A stretch of DNA of 64,000 bases, from the NCBI GenBank assembly GCA_038087875.1, contig CM075989.1, positions 13,332,001-13,396,000 of the forward strand, read 5' to 3'. This document shows, piece by piece, positions 51,591-64,000 of this stretch (position 1 is its first letter; every line of letters starts with the position of its first letter). Origin of the DNA: Malacoraja senta. Its lineage: Eukaryota. The position numbers were made by a program, and so were the translations under genes. Under the pieces are notes generated by a model. It was not told where the DNA came from and did no database searches. It worked only from the letters and a program-made list of their open reading frames with translations.

Positions 51591-51824
51591 CTGCAGAGAA
51601 CACTTGCTGGAAGAAGGAAGTGGCAGAGATAGATACATGAAGGCCTCAAATGTTCGTGACCTCTTATGACAAGTCAGACACTGTACTGTTGATTTAAACT
51701 GGCCTTGGAACAAGGTAACTATTATGGATTTGTTGAGACATTTGTGCTTTGTCCAGGCCAGATCAGCTGCTCTTGTATCATCCAAGCTGTCATTATTCTC
51801 CTCTTTGTACCGTTTCTTTTCAGC
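51591..51824 (-). CDS. USP8: USP8 exon
   Basis: AEKKRYKEENNDSLDDTRAADLAWTKHKCLNKSIIVTLFQGQFKSTVQCLTCHKRSRTFEAFMYLSLPLPSSSKCSLQ. Confidence 0.93.
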
Positions 51825-52018
51825 CTTAAGGAAGATTAAAAGAGAGGAAAGTTAGCTGCCATACATACTATGGTTTATGATACCTGTGAAAAGAACAGTG
51901 GGCTGCCAGTACAATGGGACTTTCCCCAATTACATAGAACAGCACAAAAACAGGCGTTAGGGCGCACAAATTCTATGCCGAACATAATGCAATAATAAAT
52001 CAATCTCATCTGCCTGTA

Positions 52019-53662
52019 CAGTGCCCTCCATAATGTTTGGGACAAAGACCCATCATTTATTTATTTGCCTCTGTATGCCACAATTTGAGATTTGTAATAG
52101 AAAAAAAAATCACATGTGGTTAAAGTGCACATTGTCAGATTTTATTAAAGGGTATTTTTATACATTTTGGTTTCACCATGTAGACATTACAGCTATGTTT
52201 ATACATAGTCCCCCCATTTCAGGACACCATAATGTTCGGTACACATGGCTTCACAGGTGTTTGTAATTGCTCAGGTGCCTCCTCAATGCAGGTATAAGAG
52301 AGCTCTCAGCACCTTGTCTTTCCTCCAGTCTTTCCATCACCTTTGGAAACTTTTATTGCTGTTTATCAACATGAGGACATACAAAGTTGTGCCAATGAAA
52401 GTCAAAGAAGCCATTATGAGACTGAGAAACAAGAATAAAACTGTTAGAGACATCGGCCAAACCGTAGGCTTACCAAAATCAACTGTTTGGAACATCATTA
52501 AGAAGAAAGAGAGCACTGGTGAGCTTACTAATCGCAAAGGGACTGGCACAGGACAAGGAAGACCTCCACAGCTGATGACTGAAGAATCCTCTCTATAATA
52601 AAGAAAAATCCCCAAACACCTGTCCGACAGATCAGAAACGCTCTTCAGGTGTGGCTTTGTCAATGACCACTGTCTGCGGAGGACTTCATGAACAGAAATA
52701 CAGAGGCTACAGTGCAAGATGCAAACCACTGGTTAGCTGCAAAAATAGGATGGCCAGGTTACAGTTTGCCAAGAAGTACTTAAAAGAGCAACCACAGTTC
52801 TGGAAAAAGGTCTTATGGACAGATGAGACGAAGATTAACTTATATCAGAGTGATGGCAAGAGCAAAGTATGGAGGAGAGAAGGAACTGCCCAAGATCCAA
52901 AGCATACCACCTCATCTGTGAAACACGGCGGTGGGGGTGTTATGGCCTGGGCATGTATGGTTGCTGAAGATATTGGCTCACTTATCTTCATTGATGATAT
53001 AACTGCTGATGGTAGTAGCATAATGAATTCGGAAGTGTATAGACACATCCTATCTGCTCAAGTTCAAACAAATGCCTCAAAACTCATTGGCCAGCGGTTC
53101 ATTCTACAGCAAGACAATGATCCCAAACATACTGCTAAAGCATCAAAGGAGTTTTTCAAAGCTAAAAAATAGTAAATTCTTGAGTGGCCAAGTCAATCGC
53201 CCAATCTGAACCCAATTGAGCACGCCTTTTATATGCTGAAGAGAAAACTGAAGGGGACTAGCCCCCAAAACAAGCATAAGCTAAAGATGGCTGCAATACA
53301 TGCCTGGCAGAGCATCACCAGAGAAGACACCCAGCAACTGGTGATGTCCATGAATTGCAGACTTCAAGCAGTCATTGCATGCAAAAGATATGCAACAAAA
53401 TACTAAACATGACTACTTTAATATACATGACATTGCTGTGTTCCAAACATTAAGGTGCCCTGAATTGGGGGGACTATGTGTAAACACTACTGTAATTTCT
53501 TCATGGTGAAACGAAAATGTATAAAAATGGCCTTTATTAAAATCTGACAATGTGCACTTTAACCACTTGTGATTTTTTTTCTATTACAAATCTCAAATTG
53601 TGGAGTACAGAAGCAAATAAATAAATGATGGGTCTTTGTCCCAAACATTATGAAGGGCACTG
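52019..53662 (+). mobile_element. Full-length Tc1 (DD34E) transposon with inactivated transposase, in a USP8 intron
   Basis: TA|cagtgccctccataatgtttgggacaaagaccc ... gggtctttgtcccaaacattatgaagggcactg|TA; about 220-bp TIRs; WTDETK, QQDND and SPNLNPIE with 34 residues between D and E; frameshift near 52550 and stops at 53170-53175. Confidence 0.93.
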
Positions 53663-53772
53663 TACCTACATATTCTCCAGACTGTTTCACAGATATCTCT
53701 TCATTCCCTGAAACAGATCTCTACAAATAATTTGTCTTCGCCCTGCACAAACAGCATGCAATCACTTCTTAC

Positions 53773-53983
53773 TTCATTTAGATCTTCGTGAAGCCCATCC
53801 ATGAGAAAAAGGAGCAGTTCCTGGGAATCCTGCTGCACATACTCTCCAAACGTTTCATTTATTTTTCCAATGCGCCCCCGGAAGTCTCTTGGACTGATGC
53901 ATTTGTATTGTCCTGACCACAAAGTCTTCATTATTATGCCAAACTCTTCAGCAACCTCACCTTTATGACCAAGAATGTTTGAC
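53773..53983 (-). CDS. USP8: USP8 exon (QQDSQE box)
   Basis: SNILGHKGEVAEEFGIIMKTLWSGQYKCISPRDF...QQDSQELLLFLMDGLHEDLNE; 211 nt. Confidence 0.94.
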
Positions 53984-54339
53984 CTACAAGAAAAGTATAT
54001 TATTAACAATACATATTGAACTATCAATTGTTGGCATTTCTTCACTTGCTGCGAGGGCAAGTTGCCTTCAAAATTTGGCCTAGTTATAATGAGCAGGCAG
54101 AGATTTCCACTTCAAATATGTGTTGTGTTCTTAGTGAAACTCAGCTTCAAGTTCAGGAACTCAAAAGATACCCTGTTTTTGTGAAGCGATGGTGCCTTTA
54201 GTACTGCAAGCGGATAGTATATTTCGGTGTTCTTGACCATGTTGCACAAATAGATTTTTGGGGGAACGTCCAGTGAGGTATCACTTGAAACAAAAAGGGG
54301 GATCATCGCTTTGATGGGACTGTATTGTAGCTGCCACTC

Positions 54340-56270
54340 CCAATCATTTGTGGGAATTAATGGAGCAGATGTAAGGAGATCACAGATAGTTGTATGAACC
54401 TCCAGTTTAAATTCCATTTGGAATATTTTGGAGAACCAGGAAAACAAAACCAAAATACAAACAATAAGATATCAGTGGGAGATTGTAAATTTCCTAATAT
54501 TGACTGGGTTACCCACTTGCAAAGAACAAGGTGGAACTTGTTAAATGTCTCTAAGCAAGCTTCCTTAATCAATACCGAGGACTCTACTGCACTGGACCTT
54601 TTGCAAAGGAGGTAGGTCAAGTGATTACAATGTCAATTTGGGGGTAATTTGGGACCAGTGACCATAACTATTAGTTTTTAAATAGTTATGGAGAAAGATA
54701 GAACCAGTCTACAAATTTACAAGTTCAGATTCTAAACCTAAAGAGCAATTTTGGAGGCAATAGGCAGGAACTTGCAAAGGTTGATCAGGCAAGTAAAGGG
54801 ACGACTGGCAAGTGGGTACTTAAAAAAAAAGAGATAGCAAGAGTTCAGGGACAGCGTGTTCCTGTTGGGGTGATGGGGCAAGGTTGGCAAGTTTAAGGAA
54901 CCCTAGATGACAAGAGATATTGCGGCTCCGGTCAGGAATAAGGCACGCATCAGGATCAAGCGAACCTCTAGATGCTTGATCCTGGAGTACAGCAAGAGGG
55001 ATATCAAGAAGGCAAAAAGAGGGCATGAGATGAATCTGGCAGGCAAGGTAAAGGAAAATCCCAAGAGATTCTGCAGGTATATTAAAAATAAAAGGGAGCC
55101 TTGGGAGAGCAGTTTTCAACACCTTGGCCAACAAGCAACATTTCTTACTATCCACCCTATTCATGCTGCTCATTTTACACACCTCATTAGTTTTTACTAT
55201 GTAGAAGATCCATGGATGCTGAGAAATTGAATGGAATTACCAAAGAGGTGATATTGGCTGTCTAAAAGCACGATAAGGTTGATAAAACACTAGGGCCTGA
55301 CCAAATGCATTCTCAGACTTTGTGGGAAGCTGGTAAAGGAATTATGGAGCATCTTGCAGAGATATTTACATCAACTTCAGCCAAATGTGAAGTTCCAGAA
55401 GACTGGAAGGGGGATAATTGTACAGTTATTTATGGGCAGCGAGGACAATCCAGGGAATTACAGACTGGTGACCATGACATCAGCGCTGGGTAAGTTATTG
55501 GAGGGGATTATGAGGGACAGGATCTACCAGGATTTGAAATCACATAAACTGATTGGGGATAGTTAGTGGGATATTGTTCATGGGAAGTCATACCTCACAA
55601 ATCTGAGTCTTGTTTTAAGAGGTAACCAAGGAAATTGATTAAGGTCAAACTTGGGGAATGGACAAGTCCATTTGGATTTCAACAAGGCCTTTGACAAGTT
55701 CCTGCAGAGTAGGCTAGTCTGGAAGGTTAGATTGTACGGGACTCGGGAAAGTTAGCTAATTGGATACGTAATTGGTGGGTGACGACGGAAGGCTGTTGTA
55801 CGGACTGCAGGCCTATGACTCATGATGTGCCGCAGGGGTCGTGCTGAGCCCATTACTGTTTGTCATCTGTGTTGATGACTTGGATGAAAATATACACGGC
55901 ATAGTTAGTAAGTTTGTAGATGATACTGAAATAAGTGGTATCGTAGACAGAGAGGGAGGTTATCAAGAATGAGTGGGATCTTGATCAGCTGGGTAAGTGG
56001 GCTGAGAAATGGTAAAGGGAATGTAATTCAGATAAGTGGGAGGTGTTGCATTTTGGAAAGTCAAACTAGGGTAGTGTAGGGTATGTGGAACAAGTTGCCA
56101 GAAGAAGTGGTTGAGGCAGGTACAATAACAATTAAAAGACATTTGGACAGGGACATGGATATGAAAGGTTTAGAAGGATAAACACGGGCAAATGGGACTA
56201 GCTTAGCTGGGCAGCTTGGTTGACTGAGACAACATGGACAAGTTGAGCCAAAGGACCTGTCTCCTGAGCT
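54340..56270 (+). mobile_element. CR1 LINE ORF2 remnants
   Basis: KENPKRFCRYIKNKR, PGNYRLVTMTS, DFNKAFDK and SKFVDDT motifs. Confidence 0.8.
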
Positions 56271-56504
56271 GTTGGCTCCATGAAAAGTAGTCATTTAACA
56301 GCTTTTAATTCTTAATGAGGCCTATTCTCTCCTTTGTTAGCCTTTGTTCTCAATATACCCTTTCTCTTATCTGCCAGACCAATCTCTTGCCTCATTTTGC
56401 TCTCCTGATTTTCCTCCTAACTGCACCCCACGTTTCTTATGTTCCTTGCTTGATCTAGGTTCTAGACTGTTGCACTTAAACTTGTTTATAAGTGAAAACT
56501 TTTA

Positions 56505-56741
<237 letters not shown>

Positions 56742-57162
56742 TTATTTCGAACTCAGAATAATGGAACACTTCTTACTGTCTAAAACACAAACACCATGAA
56801 GCTTTTATAATTGGTTACTGAAGAGAATGTTCATGGTTTAGCTGATTATGACACTACAACACTGCAATTAAGACTAAATAACAGACACAGCATTATCAAG
56901 CACACCATAATCTCATGGCTGTTAAGTCCAGAGCTATGCCAGATGATTTGCAGTGGGACAGGGAGGGGGGGGGGGGTACAAGATTCAAAATGGGAATAGG
57001 GAAATGATTATATTGGCCGAGTATGGATTCACTAGTTAAGTCCAGTGTGTCCATGACAAAGGAGTAGGAACAAATCCAAAGGAGGTTACAAAGTATAATA
57101 TAAAAAGCAATGTCAATACATAAACACATACAAAGCAGCTTGAAGATTTAAAAAAAACCTAC

Positions 57163-57425
57163 TTTGTTTCCCGATTGATTGTGGGCACCGGTTTGGTTAT
57201 TATCGCCTTCCTTTGCTCATCGTGAATTGCTTGAGCAATATCCGGCGAGGAGTAGGAGCGTTTCAGTTTGGGGACATCAGCATCTGTTGCACTTTGTGGT
57301 TTGGCTTTGTGAGTTGGAGGGGTTGCAGGTGGTGTGATTGATGGCACCATTTCAGGTGGGTACATGTGAACAGCATTGGTCGGTGAATGATAGTATCGGT
57401 AGGTTCCAGTCACCACATCAAGAAA
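57163..57425 (-). CDS. USP8: USP8 exon with the 14-3-3 motif RSYSSP
   Basis: FLDVVTGTYRYYHSPTNAVHMYPPEM...KLKRSYSSPDIAQAI...PTINRETK; motif at 57243-57260. Confidence 0.94.
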
Positions 57426-58052
57426 CTAATAAGGAATAGAGTCAAAGTGAAAATTATACTCGATAGTTAGATTTGCTTTATCCTAATCAAAGTATCAAAG
57501 GAGGAATCGGAAAGCCAAATCTTTTAGAATGAAAAATAAAGAAGATCACGCAGGATTATGAAAAACAATAAAATGCCCACGGCTTGTTTACTTGCTTTAA
57601 ACAAACCTTGATAATTTGACGACAGAAATTACTACCCTCACTTAAGAATGTATGTATGCAGAATTTACAAGCAGAACTTGGATAGTCAGTTTCTTGATTC
57701 CAAAACCAACCTCCACACAATTAAAACTGGCTACCAATATTTCAAGTGAAAGTCATGTAAGCCCAACAAGCAGGTTTAAAAGGCCCATCTTTACTGTGCT
57801 ACAGTTACAAGTGTAAGGGGAAAATAAAATGTCAGTGTCTTGCTGAACCTAGCATGACACTGTTTATGATATGCATGTACTGGAGAAATTCAGCAGGCCT
57901 AAGAGACAAAATATGGGACCATGTATAAAGCACTTGTTTTCTTAAGTTATAGATTTATTTCATGTATTTAGGGAAAAAAGCAAATAAATAATATGGGAGA
58001 ATATGCACCTGATTATTTACACTTCTAACAAGTAAAAACATGCCCACTGTAC

Positions 58053-58133
58053 CTTCATCCATCCTGGTGGCAGGCCTGGAACAGTCCGACCCATTTCTTC
58101 ACTTCTTGCTCTGGTTAACATATCTCGAGGTTC
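58053..58133 (-). CDS. USP8: USP8 exon (start of the WW-like region)
   Basis: EPRDMLTRARSEEMGRTVPGLPPGWMK; 81 nt, phase 0-0; not in the ORF track. Confidence 0.92.
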
Positions 58134-59811
58134 CTACATTTTAAATAAACATTTTAGAGGAAAATATTCTCAAACATCGTGCATGATGAATTTTCTTATA
58201 AACCATTATTAATATATTTGCTCAATACTGCGGTCTCAGAATCACAATGCAGCACAGAGGGAATTTCAGTCAGTCAGGCCCTTGCAGACTCGTTGACCAC
58301 GAATGCCCAGTCACACTTTCACATTTGGTTAGAAACCAAAATATTCCATCAAAAACTCTGAAATTATTAGAGTGGGTTTTTTTCCTCATGAAGAACTTTC
58401 CAGGTACCAATAACAATGAAAAATCTTGTCTGAATTTTGATTAATCGTCAATGAAACGGACAGAACAGTTTTACTTCAAAATGAATTCTCATTTGAAAAC
58501 TTGTTTTCGTTTAATCCTCTTTCTCTAGGGAGCAGAGCCAAAACATATTTAATATTTTTCTTCATTTTAAAAGGAAATACATATTCTTAAAAGCAAAGTA
58601 CAGGAACATTTATTACTTGCAGGCAATGATATGCCAAAGTGCTGCTCAGTGGCTGCTGAAGGAATATTAGGTTTTAGATGTCAAACTAGACTGGGACAGT
58701 TACACCATGATTACTGCCCTCCATTTTCCTGTCCCCTTTGACCAAGATCTTGCTGCTTTGCCTAAATAAATAGCTATTATAAACCAATGAACAGCCCTTC
58801 CTGCAATGACCAAACTTGCAGACAAACACCAACTTTTAAAATCATTAGATGCTGGTTTTAGGTTCCATCAAGTTTAATCCAATTTTCCTGCACTTCCTTT
58901 TTTTTTTTTTTTTTTAAAGTTGGGCAGGCTGGAACGTTATTCCTTGGAGCGCAGGAGGCTGAGGGGGATTCTTAAAGGTGTGTAAAATCATCAAGGGTAA
59001 TTGTAGAGTCTTAGTCCCAGGTTATGGGAATTAAGAACTGATGGGCAGATGGTGAGATGGAATGAGCTGTCAGAGAATGTCATTTAGGTAGGTACAATAA
59101 CATTTAAAAGACATTTTGACAAGTGCATGGATAGGAAAGGTTTAGAATGATATGGGATAAACAAGGGCAAACGAGACTTGCTTAGTCGACATCTTGGTCG
59201 GCATGGACGAGTTTAGCCAAAGGGCATTCTTGTGCATTGTACCATGCTTACAGAAACATACTGCATGGAAACAGGCACTACAGGCCACATAGTCCAAGCC
59301 AACCACCAACACCTTTTTATACTAATCAAACATTAATGCTGTTTTTTTTTAATTCACTCCACATTTCCATCAATTTCCCCTACATGGAATGGAGAATGTG
59401 CAGTGGCCAATTAATTTACAACCCAGATGCCTTATGGAGGTGGGAGAAAACTGGAATACCAAGATGAGACCCCACATGATCACCCTAATGTACAGCCACC
59501 ACACAGACAATACCTGAGATCGGGATTGAACAGAGACAGAGTCTCTAGCCATGAGAGGTAGTGGACCTATTAGCTGTACCGATTTGCTGCTCTTTTAATC
59601 TCCCTAATGCACTGGAGTCATCTTTCAATACATCAAGCTGGGTCTTGTCTCAACAACTTGCAATGAGAAAGATGACGTACAAAAGTGAGGAAATTACCAT
59701 GGGGACAAAATCAATTGATAGTCAGAAGAACAAGGACAAATTGCAGCACAAATGTGGTCCAATGATTCAAAGCACAAAGGACAATTAATAATTTAGCAAT
59801 GAAAATGAATC

Positions 59812-60570
59812 CACCGGGTGGCGCTGTCAGCAATGGCAGCCTCGCCAACGGTCTGTCTGTCTTTTCTAGTTATTTTTTTGTGTGTTTTAAAAAGTATGTG
59901 TTAATGTTCTCTGGTTTGTTTTATGTGGGAGGTGGGTGGGGTGGGAGGTCGGTGGAAACTTTTTTCCAATCTCTTACCTTACCTGAGATACGATTGTTTT
60001 CCGGATAGTATCTCCGGTCGCTCTGCGGCCTAACATCATGGAGCTGGTGGCCTTGCTCGAGACTGACTTTGAGCCCCACCGCGGGGCCATGGACTTATCA
60101 TCGGAGCCTGCGATTCCTCGCCTGGGATCAACGCGCCAACCGCGGCCTGCGGATTTCACCATCGAGGAGCTCGCAGTCTCTGGTAGAGACTGATGTCGGG
60201 AAGCTCCAAAGTCGCAAGAGGTTCGACTAGCTCCGACCCGGGGTCCGATCGCCCGGCGTGGGGGAGCCGAGATCCCCCCCGATGTGGGAGCTTGATCACC
60301 CCGACGAGGCGGGCCTGACCGTCGGCTACGGGAGCCAAGATCATCCTGGAAGGCTCGAGGCCCCCAACCGTGGGAGGACAAAGAAGGGAAGAGATTGAAT
60401 TTTTTTCCCGCCTTCCATCACAGTGAGGAATGTGGAGGAGTCACTGTGGTGGATGTTTATGTTAAAATGTATTTTGTGTGTCTAGTTACTTTTTATTGGT
60501 TTGACTATGGCAAATCAAATTCCTCGTATGTTGCAAAACATACTTGGCTAATAAAGTATGATTATGATTA
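59812..60570 (+). mobile_element. GC-rich non-coding retroposon with (attatg)n tail; truncated relative at about 45955-46250 (-)
   Basis: Shared 3' part gccttccatcacagtgaggaatgtggagg...caaattcctcgtatgttgcaaaacatacttggcta in both copies; a shorter match lies near 44077-44220. Confidence 0.6.
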
Positions 60571-61785
60571 ATGTAGGTATGTTACAAAACTTACCTTCAG
60601 TCGCGCTGTAATTCTGCCACTGGCCGTGTGCGCGATTTTGGCGCCTTTAAGGGGGGGCGGGGTTAAAACGCAGTTTCTCCTCCCTTGTCCTGGAAATATT
60701 TTGTTGGAGTACAAAACTTCGCTGACAAAATCGTTCCTACCCGCGATTTGTGAATTTTTTTTTAAAATTAAATCGTCAATGTCAACGCTACAGTCATTTT
60801 AAAAGCAGCTCCTGAAGCGTCAACGCCAATAACGGGGACGGATTTCACACAATGGACAGGTAAACAAAAGTGCTTTCTTTAAATGTATAAAAGTGCTTCT
60901 TAAGAAGCCTTTAATTCACATTTTGTCATGCGACACGGTGATTTTATTCCCCGAATTAACGGCAGTATTTTTCATGCCAATACGGGGTTAAATTCACCGC
61001 AAATGAACGTTCCAAAAGATCGCGTTCCAGCAAATCCTCACTCGCAAAATGAATTAAATGCCCATTAATTTACAGGTATTAAACATTCAATTCCTTCCAT
61101 TTGGCCTGTAAATTCATGAAAATTAGATTTAAAAATTATGTTATATTGTGAATTATTGTGTGAATGTTATTTGGACACTTAGGCTATTTAAAAATGTTAA
61201 TCTATTCTTAAGAAATTGATAGATGTTTAGATCTAGTAATTGAATTTTGTAATTAGCTACAATTAGGTAACTAACTAATTATATGCTTTACTTTCATGTC
61301 TTCGAAGTAAGATTGTTTCATATTTGTTTCAGAATGCTTCAATCTATAATACCTGAAAATTTCTTTCAGTTACCATAATTTTTAAGAAAGTTATGGGCTT
61401 TTAACTGTCCTCGATCACAGCTTTTGTGTTAAGTCAATGGAAAAGCAATAGGGAACTAGATGCTAATTTCTGAGTATGATAATGGCCATAACTTTTTTAA
61501 TACTGAAGATATGAAAGTGAATTAAGTGTCAAATTAAACTTCTTTTTATGCTTTATCTGATGGGATAAATTGCAGACTTTATTTTTTAAATCTCAAAATC
61601 TCAAAGGAATCCAGAATTTACCAATGCAGATAAGTTTAGCCAGAATATATTCATTTTTAGGACCATTGTTGCAACAAATTTAAAATCTCTTTGAAAATAT
61701 AATACTAAGCCATCAAGTTTGTCCCTGTTAGTACTTTTTTTAAGCTGTTTTTTAAAATATTTTGCAATTTGAAGTGTTGAAGTAC

Positions 61786-62343
61786 CTGCTTTTCTCTACT
61801 GGAGCTGCTGGCCTCTGGCTCAGGTACAGTTTGCTCTTGCACATCTTTCCTCATATCCGCTTGCTCTCTTTTCTGACCTTCAGTTTTACCCTTTTCTTCC
61901 AGAGATTTCTTGACTTGCTCTGCCAATAGTTTCCTTTCATCTTCCTCTTTCTGCTCCTTGTCTTCCTGTTCCCGACTTCTCTGCTCTTCGGTTTCTTTGC
62001 TCTGTCTGTCTTGCTCTGCTTTTAGTTTGAGCTCTTTTTCTTCTTCCTCTTGCTGCTCTTTTTCCTTTTCTCGCTCCGATTGCTCCTTTTTTCTTTGCTC
62101 TTCCTGTCTGCGTCCACGCTGTTCTTTTTCCTTTCTGGCCTTCTCCTTAATCTGTGCTGCTTCAGCATGGATCTGACTTATTTCTTCGTCTGTTAAAATG
62201 TTTTGTGGTTCCACAAATGGCTTTGTTGACCGATCAGGTATCACTGGTCCGTTGTGAACTGGTAGGCTCTCTGTACCAGCAATGTCAGATTTGGGATGAG
62301 ACCTCTCTGGCATTTTTAGTGCAGGTTTCTTAGTTCGATCAAT
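61786..62343 (-). CDS. USP8: USP8 exon (SH3-binding motif and charged coiled coil)
   Basis: IDRTKKPALK...PVIPDRSTKP...Glu/Lys-rich tract...SSSSREKQ; canonical boundaries; 558 nt. Confidence 0.92.
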
Positions 62344-63630
62344 CTGTTCAAATACATAAAAATACAATTGCACCTGTGAATCTTAAAAGATATTCACTTT
62401 CAGAAACACTTAATACATAGATTTTACAATCCATAATTTACAATCAAGGCGCCAATCAGAGACAAAACACCTGGAATTCATTGCACATTTTCAATCTCAA
62501 GATGTGAAATCAATGCAAAACAGACGACTCGAGTAAGTGGATCATTATTCAAAAATGGGAACATAAGCATAACTAGCGATGGTCCATGACTGTTTACCTA
62601 CTTCCCGAATGCTGGCTGCAGATGCACACCTACATGCAGAAGAACATAAATTGACTAGATTGGGGGAAAGCACAAACCATGGGATTTTTAGGAAGTATGA
62701 CTTTAAAAAATGAAAAAAAGCTAATTTTATTGTTACACAAGGCCAATTTCCATTTCAATAATGTAGAATTAAGAAATGGCAGATCAATTAAATTCACATT
62801 TTGTGAATTCACAATGTCGCATTGAGCTTCCAAAGGCGAAGCTATAATTTAAGCTTTTTGATATCCAATAGAAATAGTTGCTTGCTGAAAGGGAAAGAAA
62901 GATGAATACTGAAGACTTGATTAGGTATCACAAAGGTCATGGAATTTTTTTTTTACTCATGAGGTAACATATTGGTATGGACACGTCTGGCTGCCTAGCA
63001 AAAAATTGGGAAATAAAGGCATAATTGAATTTTTTTTTTAATGTGAACAAATGAAATAAAAATAGAAAATGCTGAAAATACTCAGCTGCAGGCAGACAGC
63101 ACCAATGGAAAAAACACCTATGGGTCCTTATAACAAAAAGAAAATAAGTTGCACAGAATGTGTGGGGAAGGCATGATTCTGTAATGGATCCATTGGATAA
63201 ATTGTAGAGGATGTACAATCAGTAGATTAGAGAGAGAGTAAAACAAAAGCTACGAGTAAGAATATAAACAAAGAAATGTGAAGAGATTAAAAATGCGATT
63301 CTATAGGACTTGCCCAAAGGACACGCTTCACTAATGGAAAGGATTGAAAGTTTCAGATTCTGTACCCCCAGCTTATCCTTGCCATCAACCCAATGATTAA
63401 CCCACTTCAAAGTTCCAGAAATATCACACATTACAAAATCCTAGTTTTATTCGCACCAGCCTTAAAGACAAGAAGAAAAATTAAATAAGACTTCACAGCA
63501 ATTAACTCTGGGCAGAAGGTTTGTTTTCGTTTTACTTAAAAGGGGATACAGTAAGAATGAAATATGGGTCAGAACCATGGAAGCTAGCATTTTAGAGGAC
63601 ACTGCATTCTCAGTAGTATAGCACACATAC

Positions 63631-63860
63631 CTGTGGAATGGTTTTTACTGCAACAGGCAGCACACCAGTTGATACTGAAACTTTCGGACCAGGGACACCA
63701 TTAGCAATTGTTTCTATGCTGACTTCTTTTGTAGTCTCTTCCAACTCAGCTATGTTTCCATTAAAACTTCCCAATTCTTGGAAAGCCTCCACTTCATCAT
63801 GGTCTGCAGGAGGTGGTTGAAGAGGTGGTGGTTCCTCCAAAGATGGATAACTAAAGTTCA
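63631..63860 (-). CDS. USP8: USP8 exon following the rhodanese domain (more 5' exons lie outside the window)
   Basis: NFSYPSLEEPPP...VAVKTIPQ; splices in frame to IDRTKKP, giving PQIDRTKKP. Confidence 0.88.
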
Positions 63861-64000
63861 CTGTTATAAAATAATGAACACAGTATTTTGTTCCAAAGCT
63901 TTGAGTTAGCATCCGGTTGAACAAACTAAAATTCCACAGAGCGTTCATTCCCACCAAGCTCACAGGGCGAGCACAGTTGCTATAGTAAATGTGACTTAGT

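Noticed and set aside
59578..59650. Possible extra USP8 exon (KTQLDVLKDDSSALGRLKEQQI-like) on the minus strand
   Set aside because: Weak acceptor, phases do not fit the phase-0 neighbours, and 61786 splices in frame to 58133 without it.
60575..61600. AT-rich segment with CpG-containing start, perhaps a DNA transposon remnant
   Set aside because: I found no terminal inverted repeats, TSD or coding motif.
61910..62176. Ser-rich plus-strand ORF
   Set aside because: Antisense shadow of the Glu/Lys-rich USP8 exon.

Overview
Vertebrate genomic DNA, repeat-rich, with one 200-N assembly gap. It most likely comes from a cartilaginous fish (skate/ray), judging by the HE1-like V-SINEs and the CR1/Penelope content. 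The window covers the TRPM7-USP50-USP8 block: the last coding exon of TRPM7 (+, 2163-2284), six coding exons of a USP50-like deubiquitinase (+, 31403-37268) and ten 3' coding exons of USP8 (-, 63860-43450), convergent with USP50. The main result is a four-exon gene between TRPM7 and USP50 that the ORF track cannot show (join 8431-8567, 9087-9184, 12575-12651, 19040-19138). It encodes a 136-aa Rdx-family protein of SELENOW2/MIEN1 type with an in-frame UGA in a C-x-x-U motif (YCAGUGF), a C-terminal CAAX box (KKKTCTVL) and a canonical SECIS hairpin in the 3' UTR, so it is a predicted prenylated selenoprotein. Other observations: the USP50 keeps a complete catalytic triad and shares exon sizes with USP8; Penelope-derived repeats carry hammerhead-like cores; there are two decayed Tc1 elements, a 1.4-kb element with perfect TIRs, a Hero-like retrotransposon fragment and two long hairpins. 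All gene models were spliced by eye; no database searches were run.
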